Assembly (NCBI GenBank): GCA_965220725.1
Contig: OZ244840.1
Coordinates: 1,408,548-1,472,547, forward strand
Direction: 5' to 3'
Length of the DNA stretch: 64,000 bases
Source of the DNA: Arenicellales bacterium
GTDB lineage: Bacteria > Pseudomonadota > Gammaproteobacteria > Arenicellales > JAJDZL01
Under the pieces are notes generated by a model. The model made no database searches. It had not been told where the DNA came from and saw nothing but the letters and a program-made list of their open reading frames with translations. Made by a program: the position numbers and the translations under genes. Positions 11,201-20,300 of this stretch are shown piece after piece. The stretch's first letter is position 1, and every line of letters begins with the position of its first letter.

Positions 11201-14200
11201 CGGGCAGTACCAAGACCTTTTCCGGCAGTGCAGTGCTCACGTTCACGAATTCGAACTGGTCGAGCGCGCAGACAGTGACGGTACGCAGTCCCATTGATGA
11301 CAACTCAACCGACGACAACGTGACGCTGACGCATACAGCGGCATCAACGGATACCAACTACAACAGTGCTGACTTCAGTGCTGCAAATGTGACGGTGAGC
11401 ATCACTGAATTACCGGTACCAGCCAAGCCGACGGATCTCAAGGCGTCGCGGGGTAACACCGAGGTGACGCTGAGTTGGTCCGACCCATCTGACAGTACCA
11501 TCACCAAGTACCAGGTGCGACACGCCAAGGGTACTTCGGTGCCGGTCAACATGGCCTGGACCGACATCATCGGTAGCGGCGCCAGTACCACCACCCACAC
11601 GGTGACAGGTCTGATCAACGATACGGAATACGCGTTCGAGTTGCGGGCAGTGAACAATTACGGAAACAGCTTGGCAGCAAGTACGACAGAGATACCGGTG
11701 GCGGAGCCGATACCGGTGCCACAGGATTTCACAGTCACGGTGGAGTTTCAGCGCGATAAAAACTTCGACTACAAGCCATTCATCCGTCTGGCGTGGACCA
11801 AGGCGGAAGGAATTGTGGGAGGGCAATTCAAGCGAAAGAAACAGGTCAATTCCGGATGGTGGGTGGTTTCCCCCTGGACGGCTCTTCCAGAGCTCTGTTT
11901 CGAACTCGAACATCCTTTCTGGCTGGAGTCCGCCGAGTGGAGCACGACCTATGAGTATGAGGTTCGCTTTGTGAGAAATGGCGTGCCGGGGCAGAGCACC
12001 GGCCGCATCCGGGTGACGACGCCCGATCACCCGGGCCCGGGGCTGGAGCTTGCCGCGAGAACGCCACCGGCCACCGACATGCGTCTGTACGAGACAGGCG
12101 ATGGCATAAGAGGACTCTTCGAAAGCTATCGTGTGCGGTTGATCACGCAACCGGCCGGCAATGTGACGGTGACGGTGACCAGCAGCGATACGAGTGCGGC
12201 GACGGTATTGCCATCGACTGTGACGTTCACGCCCGACAACTGGAGGGCCAGCTCACACATCATCTTCGTCTTCGGCGTGGACGATGACGTGGTCACAGGC
12301 ACCCGTCCCGTGGAGCTCGCGCACAGCATCAGTGAGACGAATTCACCGAACGACTATCCGACGACGCTGGAATTGCCATCGGCGCATGTGCGGATAGTGG
12401 ATGATGATGTGGAGTTGGAGCTTGACTTGTCTTCCGACGACTTGACGGTGGACGAGAACGGGACAGCAACGTTCGATGTGAAGCCATCGGTCGAGATTCC
12501 CGGAAGCATCACGTTGTCGGTTACGAGTGCCGACCCGTTGGCCGTGACCGTATCTCCGGCGGAACTGACATTCACGTATGCGGACTGGGAGACGACACAG
12601 ACGGTGACGGTGACCGGCGTGGATGACGTCGACGCGGTGCAGGAAACGACGATGGTGAGCCTGACATCGACCGAAGTGTCGGCAACCGTTTCAGTGACGG
12701 TGACCGATGACGATGTGGTGCCGGGCGCGCCGCGCAATCTGAGAGCGACGGCGGGTGACCAACAGGTGACGCTCACCTGGACAGCAGCATCGGGCCCGGG
12801 GATCACCAAGTACCAGGTGCGCTACGCCAAGGGAACTTCGGTGCCGTCGAATACGGCGTGGACGGACGTTGCAAACGGCGCGAACGCCACGACCCATACG
12901 GTGACGGGGCTGGAGAACAGTGAGCAATACGCCTTTGAGGTCAGTGCGGTGAATAGTGCCGGGAACGGCGCGGCGGCCAGCACGACAGCGACGCCGGTGC
13001 TCCCGATTCCAGCAGCGCCGAACGATTTGGACGTGACAGCGGGCAACGGTCAGGTGACACTTACCTGGACCCTGCCGACCAATACGAGTTCGATCGATAA
13101 AGCGCAAGTGCGTTACAAAATCCAAACAGACGCGGGCTGGAATGAGTGGGTACAAGCGTCTACGACCACTTCACATTCGCTGACAGGTCTGGTGAACGGG
13201 GCGAGGTATGTGTTTCAGGTCCGTTTGGAGAACGCAGCCGGCATCGGCGCGGCAGCAACGAAAGAAGTGTTGCTGGCATTGACGGCACCAGAGGCGCCGA
13301 CGGATTTTAATGCTACGGGTGGCGATACCCGGGCGACTTTGAGTTGGACGTTGCCAACCAATGTGAATCTGATTTCAAGTATTGATGTGCGCCACAAGCT
13401 GAAAACGGCGACAGAATGGTCCGATTGGACAATCCTTGCATCGAATTTGACCTCATATATCGTCGATGGATTGGTGAACGGGGAGACGTACTCGTTTGAG
13501 GTACGCGCGGTGAACACAGCCGGCGAAGGAATTGCATCGGCAGAAGCAACACTTGCGCTGACAAAACCGGGCCAGCCAACTGACCTTTCGGCGACAAGTG
13601 GAATCAACGAGGCAGATCTCAGTTGGACCCTGCCGACCAATGTGAATTCGATTACCCTGGTCCAGGTGCGTCACAAGGTCAAATCGGAACCGGATACACA
13701 GTGGAGTGCTTGGACAGATCTCGCATCGGCGACGGCGACCACGCACAAGGTCACAGGACTGGTGAACGGAGAAACCTACACGTTCGAAGTACGGGCGTCG
13801 AACTCAGTAGGTGACGGTGACCTTGCATCAGTGGATTTGATGGTGGAGTTGACGGTACCGGGAGTCGTGACAGGGTTTGCAGCGGTCGCCGGTGATACTG
13901 AGGCAGACCTTGGTTGGACGTTGCCGACCAATGCGAAAATCACCAGTGTTGAGGTGCGCCACAAGGTGAAATCGGCGCCGGATACGCAATGGAGTGGTTG
14001 GACAGCGCTCTCGTTGTCGGCGAACACACATAAGGTGACGGGATTGTTCAACGGGGAGACTTACGTGTTCGAGGTTCGGGCGAGGAACTCGAAGGGTGCC
14101 GCAGACGCGGTGTCGGCCGAGGCGACATTGGCGCCGACAAGACCGGGTAAGCCGACGGGACTGACAGCGGCGGAAGGTGACGCCAGGATCGTCGTCAATT

Positions 14201-15786
14201 GGAAGCTGCCGACCAATGTAAACGATCTTACCGCAGTGCAGGTGCGTCATAAGGCAGCATCGGCGAATTGGACGAATGCGGACAGATGGGTCTCGCTTTC
14301 GTCAGATGCCACTACGTACACGGTATCGACCGGGTTGATCATTGGCGAGGAGTACACGTTTCAGGTTCGGGCGGTCAACGCCGTTGGCGAAGGTGATGCG
14401 GCATCGATCAATGCGACAGTGGTTGAGAAGAATTTACTGATTCAGCAGTCCGTCGAGGAGATTCTGCCGAACGTGGCGGTCATCATGGGCGATCAGACTG
14501 TAACTGGAATCAGAGACCGTATCCAAAATTATGAGATGACAACGCGTGCAGGTGGCGTACGGTTCAACCTGACAAACGATGGACTGTTCTCACCTGGGAG
14601 TTGGCGGGCGCCGGTTCCAGTGGATGAGCAACGATTCTTGTACGATGGTCAGTTTGCGACGCTGGTGAATTCACTTGGCGTGTCGAATAATGGCCGCCGC
14701 GCGCCATCATTCTCAATATGGACCGGTGCGACCATCAAGCGGTTCAATGACAGTGGCGGCGAGCTGCAATACGATGGTGAGTTGACGGGATTCAGTTTTG
14801 GGATTGATACCAGGCTGGGCGAGGACATGGTTGGCGGAGTCACTTTTTCGAATTACACCACCAAGACAGATTACAAACGCGACTCCACGTCGGGGCACCA
14901 AAAGGTGGAGGTGAACAGCGTGAATCCGTATTTCGGGCTCAAGTCACCTGAGTACTCGGTTTGGTCATTTGTCGGAATGGGTTCCGGTGACCTGGAGGTG
15001 ACGCAGGAAAATGTGGGTGGCATCAATACCAGTGACCTCTCGATGAATTCGATGGGCGTCGGTGCGAGTGGCGCAGTGTGGTACGGCAAGAGGACAACGT
15101 TTCACGTGACGGGTGAATTCACCCGGACGGAAATGGACGTGGACGGTTCAGATACCATTGACGCAGTCAAGGTCGGCGTCATGCGCAGCCGCATGCTGAT
15201 AGCCGCCAGTCGGCGCCATGAGATGATTCAGGGTGGCTATGTGGAACCGAAAATTGAGTTTGGCGTAGCCTACGACAGCGGTGACGGCGCCACTGGCAGT
15301 CGGGTGGAGGTTGGTGCTGGGATGCATTACCTGTCGCCTTCGCATCGGATGACGATGTCACTGTCTTCTTACGGTTTGATGGAACGCAACGACTACGGCG
15401 AATGGGGTGTCCAAGGCAGCATACGGATGTTGCCGGGCGTGAGGGATCGCGGCTTGTCATTCAGTCTGCAACCCTCGTATGGCGCCACGGTGCGCGGTGT
15501 TGAGCGAATCTGGGAGACCGGTAAGCTGGCCGGCGAGGTTGCCGATGAGCGGCAATACCAGCCTCGACTGGATGCGAATCTTGGTTATGGATTCCGGATC
15601 ATCGGAGATCGGGGATTGCTGACTCCGTACAGTGAGGTGTCACTTGAAGGGGAGGATAGAACCTATCGAGTTGGAACCCGATTCAGGTATGGCGCCAGAT
15701 TTGAGTTGAATCTGGTTGGTGAAAGCGCGGATTCGCTAGACGACACCGACCGATCAATCAAGCTTCAAGGTGGAATTCGGTTCTAG
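2242..15786 (+). CDS. Giant autotransporter-type adhesin, paralog 1 (4514 aa)
   Basis: Uninterrupted 13.5-kb ORF with a TTG start, followed by a hydrophobic signal peptide (MIFKSKILRLFAFIGCLLCVSVTA). Passenger: 4x(unknown ~170-aa module + LPAGLSFDxxSRKxTGTPT cadherin-like Ig domain), FN3 domains (LxWxxP...Y.Y....W......T.H.VTGL.N.T.Y.F.xRAVN) and Calx-beta-like repeats (FTxxNWxxxQTVTVTxxDDD). The last ~450 aa show the autotransporter beta-domain pattern (SIWTGATIKRF...YDGELTGFSFGIDTRLG...) and end in ...LQGGIRF. Confidence 0.85.
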   Translation: MIFKSKILRLFAFIGCLLCVSVTAYPTAVSGNVLKYTFSDDGTTVTITATGRLDVTDFDIVALDSIPSDFERIRIADTQIWGIFPPSLQPEPETPISRYRVRPDFVTTGRDSYDGTPELDGLSNYAYDSNYHIQFSTWSERLELDSDHLTGNIYQISDGVTTFTGRLYDTDTTIKQLGDNDFHIENAIGSQKIIFTTRTSLTPSFGTATVADQSYTQGRAISDLQLPAASGGDGTLSYSVIPALPAGLSFDATSRKITGTPTAAQAATEYTYSVIDTDGDIALLKFMITVVQQPHTLKYTFSDDGTTVTIAATGRLDVTNFTFVRDGVPGDYSRIKFDDTGIWGIHPPSQPTTQARRYDGLPDFVTTGEDTYGGTSELDGLSNYAYDSNYHIRFNTWLKYLELDNGRLTGNIYQISDGVTTFTGKLYDTDTTIKQLGDNDFHIEHAIGSQKIIFTTRTSLTPSFGTATVADQSYMQNQAISELQLPAASGGDGTLTYSVIPALPTGLSFDAASRKITGTPTAAQAATEYTYSVTDTDGDIALLKFMITVVQRPHTLTFTFSDNGTTSTIAASGSLDVSGFTFDRDLEQRTTLNLKIDDTGIWVIHPQHQNIINVSKSRYKDLPAFVTTGGDTYTGSTEVQNLSNYTQHDFAIRFSPSGRYLEIDKANLTGGIYDLTGESATFTGTLLSTLKDNDFHIEHAIGIHKIIFTTPVYFGNATIGNKTYTKGKAISDFELPQARSSDDQTVSYSISPDLPAGLSFNAASRKLTGTPTVVQAATEYTYTAMDSDGDTATLTFEITVLQPRTLRFTFSDDGTTTTIAAAGSLDVSGFKIDKEDTQPADDDYLKIADTDRWAIYPPITNYNVPLRRYKDLPNFATTGRSSYTGHDEARSMPNYSNEFTIRFHTHLKWMEVDKASLTGDIYNPSGKKVTFTGTLLNTLDDNDFHIEFAIGHQKIIYTTRPNNTPDFGVATVADQAYVKDEAISELLLPAATGGDGTLSYSISPALPAGLSFDDVSRKLTGTPTTDQAATEYTYTASDDEEDTATLTFKISVVPVPDKPSGFSAVGNNGQVSLRWVNPRNSLITKYQYRQRVGSGNFGAWEDMSDSDANTTSHTVTGLTNGTGYSFRIRAVISQVNGVESDVVTATPQLMQPAKPTRLYASVPATGSVDLHWVAVDASATSWEYRKRFEVRRGTDGTLVRQDDYENWTAVTNSTSTTRMVQVTGLETGVNLGSGEEGWYRFQVRGKNSQGVGSASDEVQARPVIETDLFGPGYSEQPQRFTIISGQHTTYIHPSIINLHTTEANPSMTIRVEPVTITHTFKPQVDGWIPSHSADLHRQAHTFSGTHNGATTNPLAGTASVRAGGFQRGSVNFYFSWLVPPDAPTSVSVAAAGSGRALLSWGDLPSTTHEPIRNAISYWEYRSKESTATDYTADWKRVAGSSGATRSHLVTGLDDSKSYDFAVRAVIDAARVDNLIRPDDPTADIVLEGSAATTSESFTPGEGVAAVLVNIPSLAVTEGASVTYTVSLGKQPTADVTITPSSSVAALASVSPSSLTFTSSNWATSQTVTVTGVVDDDGVGGTATVTHSLSSTDTDYAGLAALALPSVSVTVSDDDTPDLTLSVTSLTGLDEAGTQSRTYTVKPTTAPASTLTVTPLAGSSSVTLSPASLSFDSSNWETAQTVTVTGAQDDDAVANDVLITHGLSGPAEYSSLDGTAYQVTAAVSDDDTAGITAPLPARFNLREGSSYGYSVKLQTKPSAAVTLSVGSSNTNAVTGGSVTFTPGNWSTPQTLTITAVDDATATSAVLTRSLSGAAEYAALTLSSVTVDVIDNDSPGLVVFTNTLAMIEAGDDASYTVSLATQPTADVTLTVTSGDSTLAQVSSDTGSTKTFSGSADLTFTNSNWSSAQTVTVRSPVDENSTDDSVTLTHTAVSTDSDYNAADFSAANVTVSITDVPAPAKPTDFKAKPGNTEVTLSWSDPSNDTITKYQVRHKAGSSFDDTATDDALWTDITGSNADTTAYKLTGLTNGTQYVFQIRAVNAGGSGIASDALTTAPQTPPPAPTDFAAKAGDAKVTLTWSDPSDSSITKYQVRHKQGESFDNTTADDDLWADIPESDSETTEHIVMNLDNDTKYVFQIRAVRSGVAGAETAAATATPIAVPKKPSGLSTIVNSMQVKLIWNHPQDSSITKYQYKRRLGNGPYSVEWVDMTGSNAQTTEYLFTGLPNYNRFSFKIRAVNASGGGAESDVVTAQPEILQPAKPKRLHAVVPVTGTVDLHWVTVDASSTSWEYRKRFEVRRSNGTLVRQEDYGNWTAVTDSTVTTRSAQITGLETGANLGSDEQGWYRFQVRGRNSLGMGPASDEVEVRPVQIDETILQGPGNTTQTQKFTIVSGQYTTYTYPSIINPNTTTSGARVTMLVRNKPSAVKETFEPQATEWMLGQSKEILRQVHTFCCTHHGDTANPLEVQGSLRLGQQLGNSVSFEFSWLAPPDAPTSLSAAAAGSGRALLSWGDSASAHEPIRNAISYWEYRSKESTATDYTADWKQVPGSTRTTRSHLVTGLLDSKSYDFSVRAVIDAARIDNLIRPDDPTADLVLEGAAATTSASFTPGTGAAAVFATPSTLAVTEGSTTTYTVSLGKQPSANVTITPSSSAAALASVSPSSLTFTASNWATSQTVTVTGVTDDDGVGGTATVTHSLSSTDTDYAGLAASALPSVSVTVTDDDTPSLTLLPTSLTGLDEAGTQSKTYTVKPTTAPASTLTVTPLAGSSSVTLSPANLSFDSTNWQTAQTVTVTGAQDDDAVANDVLITHGLSGPAEYGSLDGTAYQVTAAVSDDDTPGIAAPLPTSFNLREGSEYEYSVVLQTRPSAAVTLSVSSDSNAVTANSVTFTPSNWATPQTLTITAVDDATSTEAELTPSFTGAAEYAALTLSSVTVNVIDNDSAGLVVLTNALAMSEAGDDASYTVALATQPTANVTLTVTSGDSTLAQVSADTGSTKTFSGSAVLTFTNSNWSSAQTVTVRSPIDDNSTDDNVTLTHTAASTDTNYNSADFSAANVTVSITELPVPAKPTDLKASRGNTEVTLSWSDPSDSTITKYQVRHAKGTSVPVNMAWTDIIGSGASTTTHTVTGLINDTEYAFELRAVNNYGNSLAASTTEIPVAEPIPVPQDFTVTVEFQRDKNFDYKPFIRLAWTKAEGIVGGQFKRKKQVNSGWWVVSPWTALPELCFELEHPFWLESAEWSTTYEYEVRFVRNGVPGQSTGRIRVTTPDHPGPGLELAARTPPATDMRLYETGDGIRGLFESYRVRLITQPAGNVTVTVTSSDTSAATVLPSTVTFTPDNWRASSHIIFVFGVDDDVVTGTRPVELAHSISETNSPNDYPTTLELPSAHVRIVDDDVELELDLSSDDLTVDENGTATFDVKPSVEIPGSITLSVTSADPLAVTVSPAELTFTYADWETTQTVTVTGVDDVDAVQETTMVSLTSTEVSATVSVTVTDDDVVPGAPRNLRATAGDQQVTLTWTAASGPGITKYQVRYAKGTSVPSNTAWTDVANGANATTHTVTGLENSEQYAFEVSAVNSAGNGAAASTTATPVLPIPAAPNDLDVTAGNGQVTLTWTLPTNTSSIDKAQVRYKIQTDAGWNEWVQASTTTSHSLTGLVNGARYVFQVRLENAAGIGAAATKEVLLALTAPEAPTDFNATGGDTRATLSWTLPTNVNLISSIDVRHKLKTATEWSDWTILASNLTSYIVDGLVNGETYSFEVRAVNTAGEGIASAEATLALTKPGQPTDLSATSGINEADLSWTLPTNVNSITLVQVRHKVKSEPDTQWSAWTDLASATATTHKVTGLVNGETYTFEVRASNSVGDGDLASVDLMVELTVPGVVTGFAAVAGDTEADLGWTLPTNAKITSVEVRHKVKSAPDTQWSGWTALSLSANTHKVTGLFNGETYVFEVRARNSKGAADAVSAEATLAPTRPGKPTGLTAAEGDARIVVNWKLPTNVNDLTAVQVRHKAASANWTNADRWVSLSSDATTYTVSTGLIIGEEYTFQVRAVNAVGEGDAASINATVVEKNLLIQQSVEEILPNVAVIMGDQTVTGIRDRIQNYEMTTRAGGVRFNLTNDGLFSPGSWRAPVPVDEQRFLYDGQFATLVNSLGVSNNGRRAPSFSIWTGATIKRFNDSGGELQYDGELTGFSFGIDTRLGEDMVGGVTFSNYTTKTDYKRDSTSGHQKVEVNSVNPYFGLKSPEYSVWSFVGMGSGDLEVTQENVGGINTSDLSMNSMGVGASGAVWYGKRTTFHVTGEFTRTEMDVDGSDTIDAVKVGVMRSRMLIAASRRHEMIQGGYVEPKIEFGVAYDSGDGATGSRVEVGAGMHYLSPSHRMTMSLSSYGLMERNDYGEWGVQGSIRMLPGVRDRGLSFSLQPSYGATVRGVERIWETGKLAGEVADERQYQPRLDANLGYGFRIIGDRGLLTPYSEVSLEGEDRTYRVGTRFRYGARFELNLVGESADSLDDTDRSIKLQGGIRF
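2341..5400 (+). repeat. Four tandem ~250-263-aa composite modules (unknown domain + cadherin-like Ig domain) in paralog 1
   Basis: Module starts are marked by L(K/T/R)(Y/F)TFSD(D/N)GTT at 2341, 3130, 3907 and 4657. Each module ends ...TEYTY(S/T)xxDxDGDxAxLxFxITVV before the next. Confidence 0.85.
5401..11700 (+). repeat. Tandem ~3.3-kb super-repeat (two copies) inside paralog 1
   Basis: VPDKPSGFSAV... at 5404 recurs as VPKKPSGLSTI... at 8710, an offset of about 3306 nt. The same domain order follows in both copies: FN3, FN3-like, ~115-aa unknown insert, FN3-like, 4 Calx-like repeats, FN3. The second copy is shorter at its 3' end. Confidence 0.8.
14430..15786 (+). other. Putative linker plus autotransporter beta-barrel translocator region of paralog 1
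   Basis: The repeat architecture stops at ...ATVVEKNLLIQQSVEEILPNV. What follows has alternating-hydrophobic strand patterns, G/Y/W-rich beta-domain motifs and a terminal aromatic F. Confidence 0.65.
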
Positions 15787-16774
15787 CGGGCAGGCAGACC
15801 TGTCAATGCCATCTGTAGAGGTTCAGTGGCTGCGAAGGGTGATCTGCCAACACAAACGGCAACTGCTTCGAATGGTGCATCATATCGCCGGCAAATTGAC
15901 GGGATCACTTGATACAGGCAACCATTCACCTGCTCGCTGGGATGTATATTGTCCTTGATTCTCTCTCGTCTCGATGCGAGTCTTCTGAGGACTGCGAAGT
16001 GCACGTAGTCTCGACAAGACGGAAACTTTGTCCATCCGTCATTCAAAGCTGAATGCATTGACATTGTCGCAGGACAACTCGATGAGTCTTTGAAAATCAC
16101 CCGATGCCGAATTTCCACATCGATAAACGGAGTGCTCGTTCCATGGAATGGCAGTTGTGGGCGTTGTTCGCGACTGAAGTCTGATTCGAGAAATCACATG
16201 CAGATCATTGAATATTTTCAATAAAACCAAAGCCCGAAGACTAACAAGTAATGTTGTTTGTGTTAAAATGCACCTCGTCCTGCAGTAAAAGTTCTTTGGA
16301 AGTCGGAATTGTCCCGACCCATTGAGTTGCTGAGGCATTGAACTGGTTTGAAGAAGACAAACAACGGTTAATGGCATTTGGTTGTCAGAGAGTTCAATTA
16401 GTATGAGTTGACTCTCGACGAGCAGGATGCTGGCATGCGGTTGGTAAATGTAAAAATCATTTACACTGCCATCCAGACCTTAATTTGGGCACTTATATAT
16501 TTAAGTTGACAGTTAGGAATTCATTCTAATAATCCGAGTAAAATGACAATAATTGAAATATCATTCGAAAAATCTCGATCGGAATGATGAATATTTCCAA
16601 GATATTTTGTTCGTCCACTTAACTATATAAGCCCCTTAATTTGAGTTAGTCCTATTAATAATGAAGGAACATAGACCCAAGACGGGATGTAGAAGGTTAA
16701 AGCGATCCGGGCCATGGTCCAGACCTCTTTCTGTACCCGGTTCCTCTTCAACAAGCACAGGCCTTATCGACATG

Positions 16775-16990
16775 AGTATTGGTACTCTCATGCAGAGCCG
16801 GTCGCAGGTCGCACTATTCTTCAAATGGATCAAGCGGGATTTGACGAGCAAGTCGTCTTATGGCAACTCAGAAAATATTGCCAGCAGCGAGTTGTGGAAT
16901 GTGATTTCGATCTATGCATTGTGTGCGATCGTCAAGAAACAGTTGCGACCGGAACTCAACCTCTATTTGTATTCTATTCCGAAATACCAG
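16775..16990 (+). mobile_element. Remnant of an IS4/IS5-type DDE transposase (C-terminal fragment only)
   Basis: The translation ...IGTLMQSRSQVALFFKWIKRDLTSKSSYGNSENIASSELWNVISIYALCAIVKKQLRPELNLY resembles the conserved C-terminal ...RWQVELFFKWIKQHLRIK.F.GTSENAV.TQIW.A...Y.L.AI.KK... block of DDE_Tnp_1 transposases. No N-terminal or catalytic part is present, and the surrounding DNA is AT-rich. Confidence 0.6.
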
Positions 16991-17367
16991 TTACCAGCAT
17001 CAGGGTGTATCGATGGTGGCTACCTTTCGAATCCATTGCTGTTTGATGCAAATCGGAACATTGGAGCTGAGTGAAGTTTCATATAGCGAGCGTTTGGCAG
17101 GTTTCGATTAATGATGGGTAACCTTAAGCACAATCTGCACTGTGAGGGATTGTCGATGGTTGACACGTCTAGGTTGAACATCCGGCAATCACGGATATCG
17201 TTCGCGTCTGGATACGAGCGCCGGCGCGCAGAAGAAACCTACCAAGTGGGTCAGGAATCATACTCCGAGTGCAAGATGCAGGATGTCATCACCATACGCT
17301 GGAATTTGTATTCGGCATCCACTCATACGCAGGGCGATGCGTCATCGGTTGGGGCGGTTCGATAATT

Positions 17368-20300
17368 TTGAAATCGAAAATATCGCGATTATTCGCATTC
17401 ATCGGGTGCTTGCTGTGCTTTTCGGTTACTGCGTATCCCACAGTGGCATCGGGAAATGTACTGAAGTACACCTTCTCTGATGATGGTACGACCGTGACCA
17501 TCACTGCCACGGGCAGGCTGGATGTCACGGACTTCAATTTTGTTCTGGATACCATCCCGTCGGATTATGCGCGAATCAGGATCGACGACACACAGATCTG
17601 GGGGATTCATCCGCCGCTTCAGCAGCCCGCCACCCCGATCAGACGCTACAGCGGACTTCCTGATTTCGTGACTACCGGCAGGGATACCTACGATGGTACG
17701 AACGAGCTCGACACTTTAAGCAACTACAGCTCCAATTACCAGATTGAGTTCAGCACATGGTCCAAGCGGTTGGAGTTGGACACGGAACGTTTGACGGGGA
17801 ACATCTACCAGATTTCGGACGGAGTGACGACGTTCACGGGAAGGTTGTATGACACCGATACCACAATCAAACAACTCGGAGACAATGATTTCCACATCGT
17901 GAATGCGATTGGCAGTCAGAAGATCATATTCACAACCCAGACCAGCCTGACACCGAGTTTCGGTACTGCGACGGTGGCTGATCAGAGTTACATGCAAGGC
18001 CGGGCCATCAGTGACCTCCAGTTGCCGGCGGCGAGCGGTGGCGATGGCACGCTGAGCTACTCGGTCATTCCGGCATTGCCGGCAGGGTTGTCGTTTGATG
18101 CAGCGAGCCGCAAGATAACAGGCACACCGACTGCCGCACAGGCGGCGACCGAGTACACCTATTCTGTTATTGACACCGACGGCGACATCGCGTTGCTGAA
18201 GTTCATGATCACGGTGGTGCAACAGCCGCACACGCTGAAGTACACCTTCTCTGATGACGGCACGACCGTGACCATCGCTGCCACGGGCAGGCTGGATGTC
18301 ACGAATTTCACTTTTGTTCGGGATGGCGTCCCGGGGGACTATTCACGAATCAAATTCGACGACACAGGGATCTGGGGGATTCATCCGCCGTCGCAGCCCA
18401 CCACCCAGGCCAGACGCTACGACGGACTTCCTGATTTTGTGACTACCGGTAAGGATACCTACGGTGGCACATCCGAGTTGGACGGGTTGAGCAACTACGC
18501 CTACGATTCCAATTACCACATTCGGTTCAATACCTGGCTCAAGTATCTGGAGCTGGACAACGGGCGTCTGACGGGAAACATCTACCAGATTTCGGACGGA
18601 GTGACGACGTTCACGGGAAAGTTGTATGACACTGATACCACAATCAAACAACTCGGAGACAATGACTTCCACATCGTGCATGCGATTGGCAGTCAGAAGA
18701 TCATTTTCACAACCCGGACCAGCCTGACACCGAGTTTCGGCACCGCGACGGTGGCTGATAAGAGTTACATGCAGAACCAGGCGATCAGTGAGTTGCAGTT
18801 GCCGGCGGCGAGCGGTGGCGATGGCACGCTGACCTACTCGGTCATTCCGGCATTACCCACAGGGTTGTCGTTTGATGCAGCGAGCCGCAAGATAACAGGC
18901 ACACCGACTGCTGCACAGGCGGCGACCGAGTACACCTATTCTGTGACTGACACCGACGGCGACATCGCGTTGCTGAAGTTCATGATCACGGTGGTGCAGC
19001 GGCCGCACACGCTGACATTCACGTTCTCTGACAATGGCACGACCTCGACCATTGCGGCCTCGGGCAGTCTGGATGTTTCGGGTTTCACTTTTGACCGGGA
19101 TCTGGAACAGCGGACAACTTTGAATCTCAAGATCGACGATACGGGTATCTGGGTGATTCATCCACAGCACCAGAACATCATCAATGTTTCGAAGAGTCGC
19201 TATAAGGATCTTCCGGCCTTTGTGACCACCGGCGGGGATACCTATACGGGCAGTACTGAAGTCCAGAATCTCAGCAACTATACCCAGCATGACTTCGCCA
19301 TCAGGTTCAGTCCTTCGGGTAGGTATCTGGAAATCGACAAGGCGAACCTGACCGGTGGTATCTACGATCTTACGGGCGAATCGGCGACGTTCACGGGTAC
19401 GTTGCTGAGTACCCTCAAAGACAATGACTTTCACATCGAGCATGCGATTGGGATTCACAAGATCATTTTCACGACGCCGGTTTATTTCGGCAATGCGACG
19501 ATTGGCAATAAGACATACACCAAGGGTAAGGCGATCAGTGATTTTGAGCTGCCTCAGGCGCGCAGCAGCGACGATCAGACGGTATCTTATTCGATCAGCC
19601 CGGATTTGCCTGCCGGGTTGTCATTCAATGCTGCGAGCCGCAAGTTGACGGGTACCCCGACTGCGGTGCAGGCAGCCACCGAGTACACCTACACAGCGAC
19701 GGATTCGGACGGCGACACTGCGACGCTGACGTTCGAGATCACGGTGTTGCAGCCGCGTACGCTGAGGTTCACGTTTTCCGATGACGGCACAACCACGACC
19801 ATTGCCGCTGCGGGCAGCCTGGATGTTTCGGGCTTCACATTCGATACGGATAAGCAGCCGACTAACGATAGGTTTCTCAGTATTGCCAATACGGATCGCT
19901 GGGCGATTTACCCATCGACTGTGGTTGGCATCAATATTCCACTGCGCCGCTATAAGGATCTTCCGGGCTTCGTGACCACCGGTAGCGACAGCTACACGGG
20001 CCTCGATCAAGTCGAAAATCTTCCAAACTACTCCGACGAGTTCACCATCCGGTTCCACACCCATGCCAAGTGGCTGGAAGTTGACAAGGCGAGCCTGACT
20101 GGAGATATCTACAATCCCTCGGGCAAGAAGGTGACGTTCACGGGCACGTTGCTGAGCACCCTCACTGACAATGACTTCCACATCGAGCTTGCGATCGGTC
20201 ACCAGAAGATCATATACACGACGACGCCCAACAAGACGCCGGATTTCGGTGTTGCGACAGTTGCCGATCAGACTTACGTGAAAGATGAGGCGATCAGCGA

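Noticed and set aside
17269-17367. ATG 17269 as the start of paralog 2 (33-aa N-terminal extension)
   Set aside because: The extension (MQDAGCHHHTLEFVFGIHSYAGRC...) is not signal-peptide-like. It aligns to the non-coding leader of paralog 1, where the frame is closed. TTG 17368 places the conserved signal peptide at the N-terminus. Not experimentally excluded.
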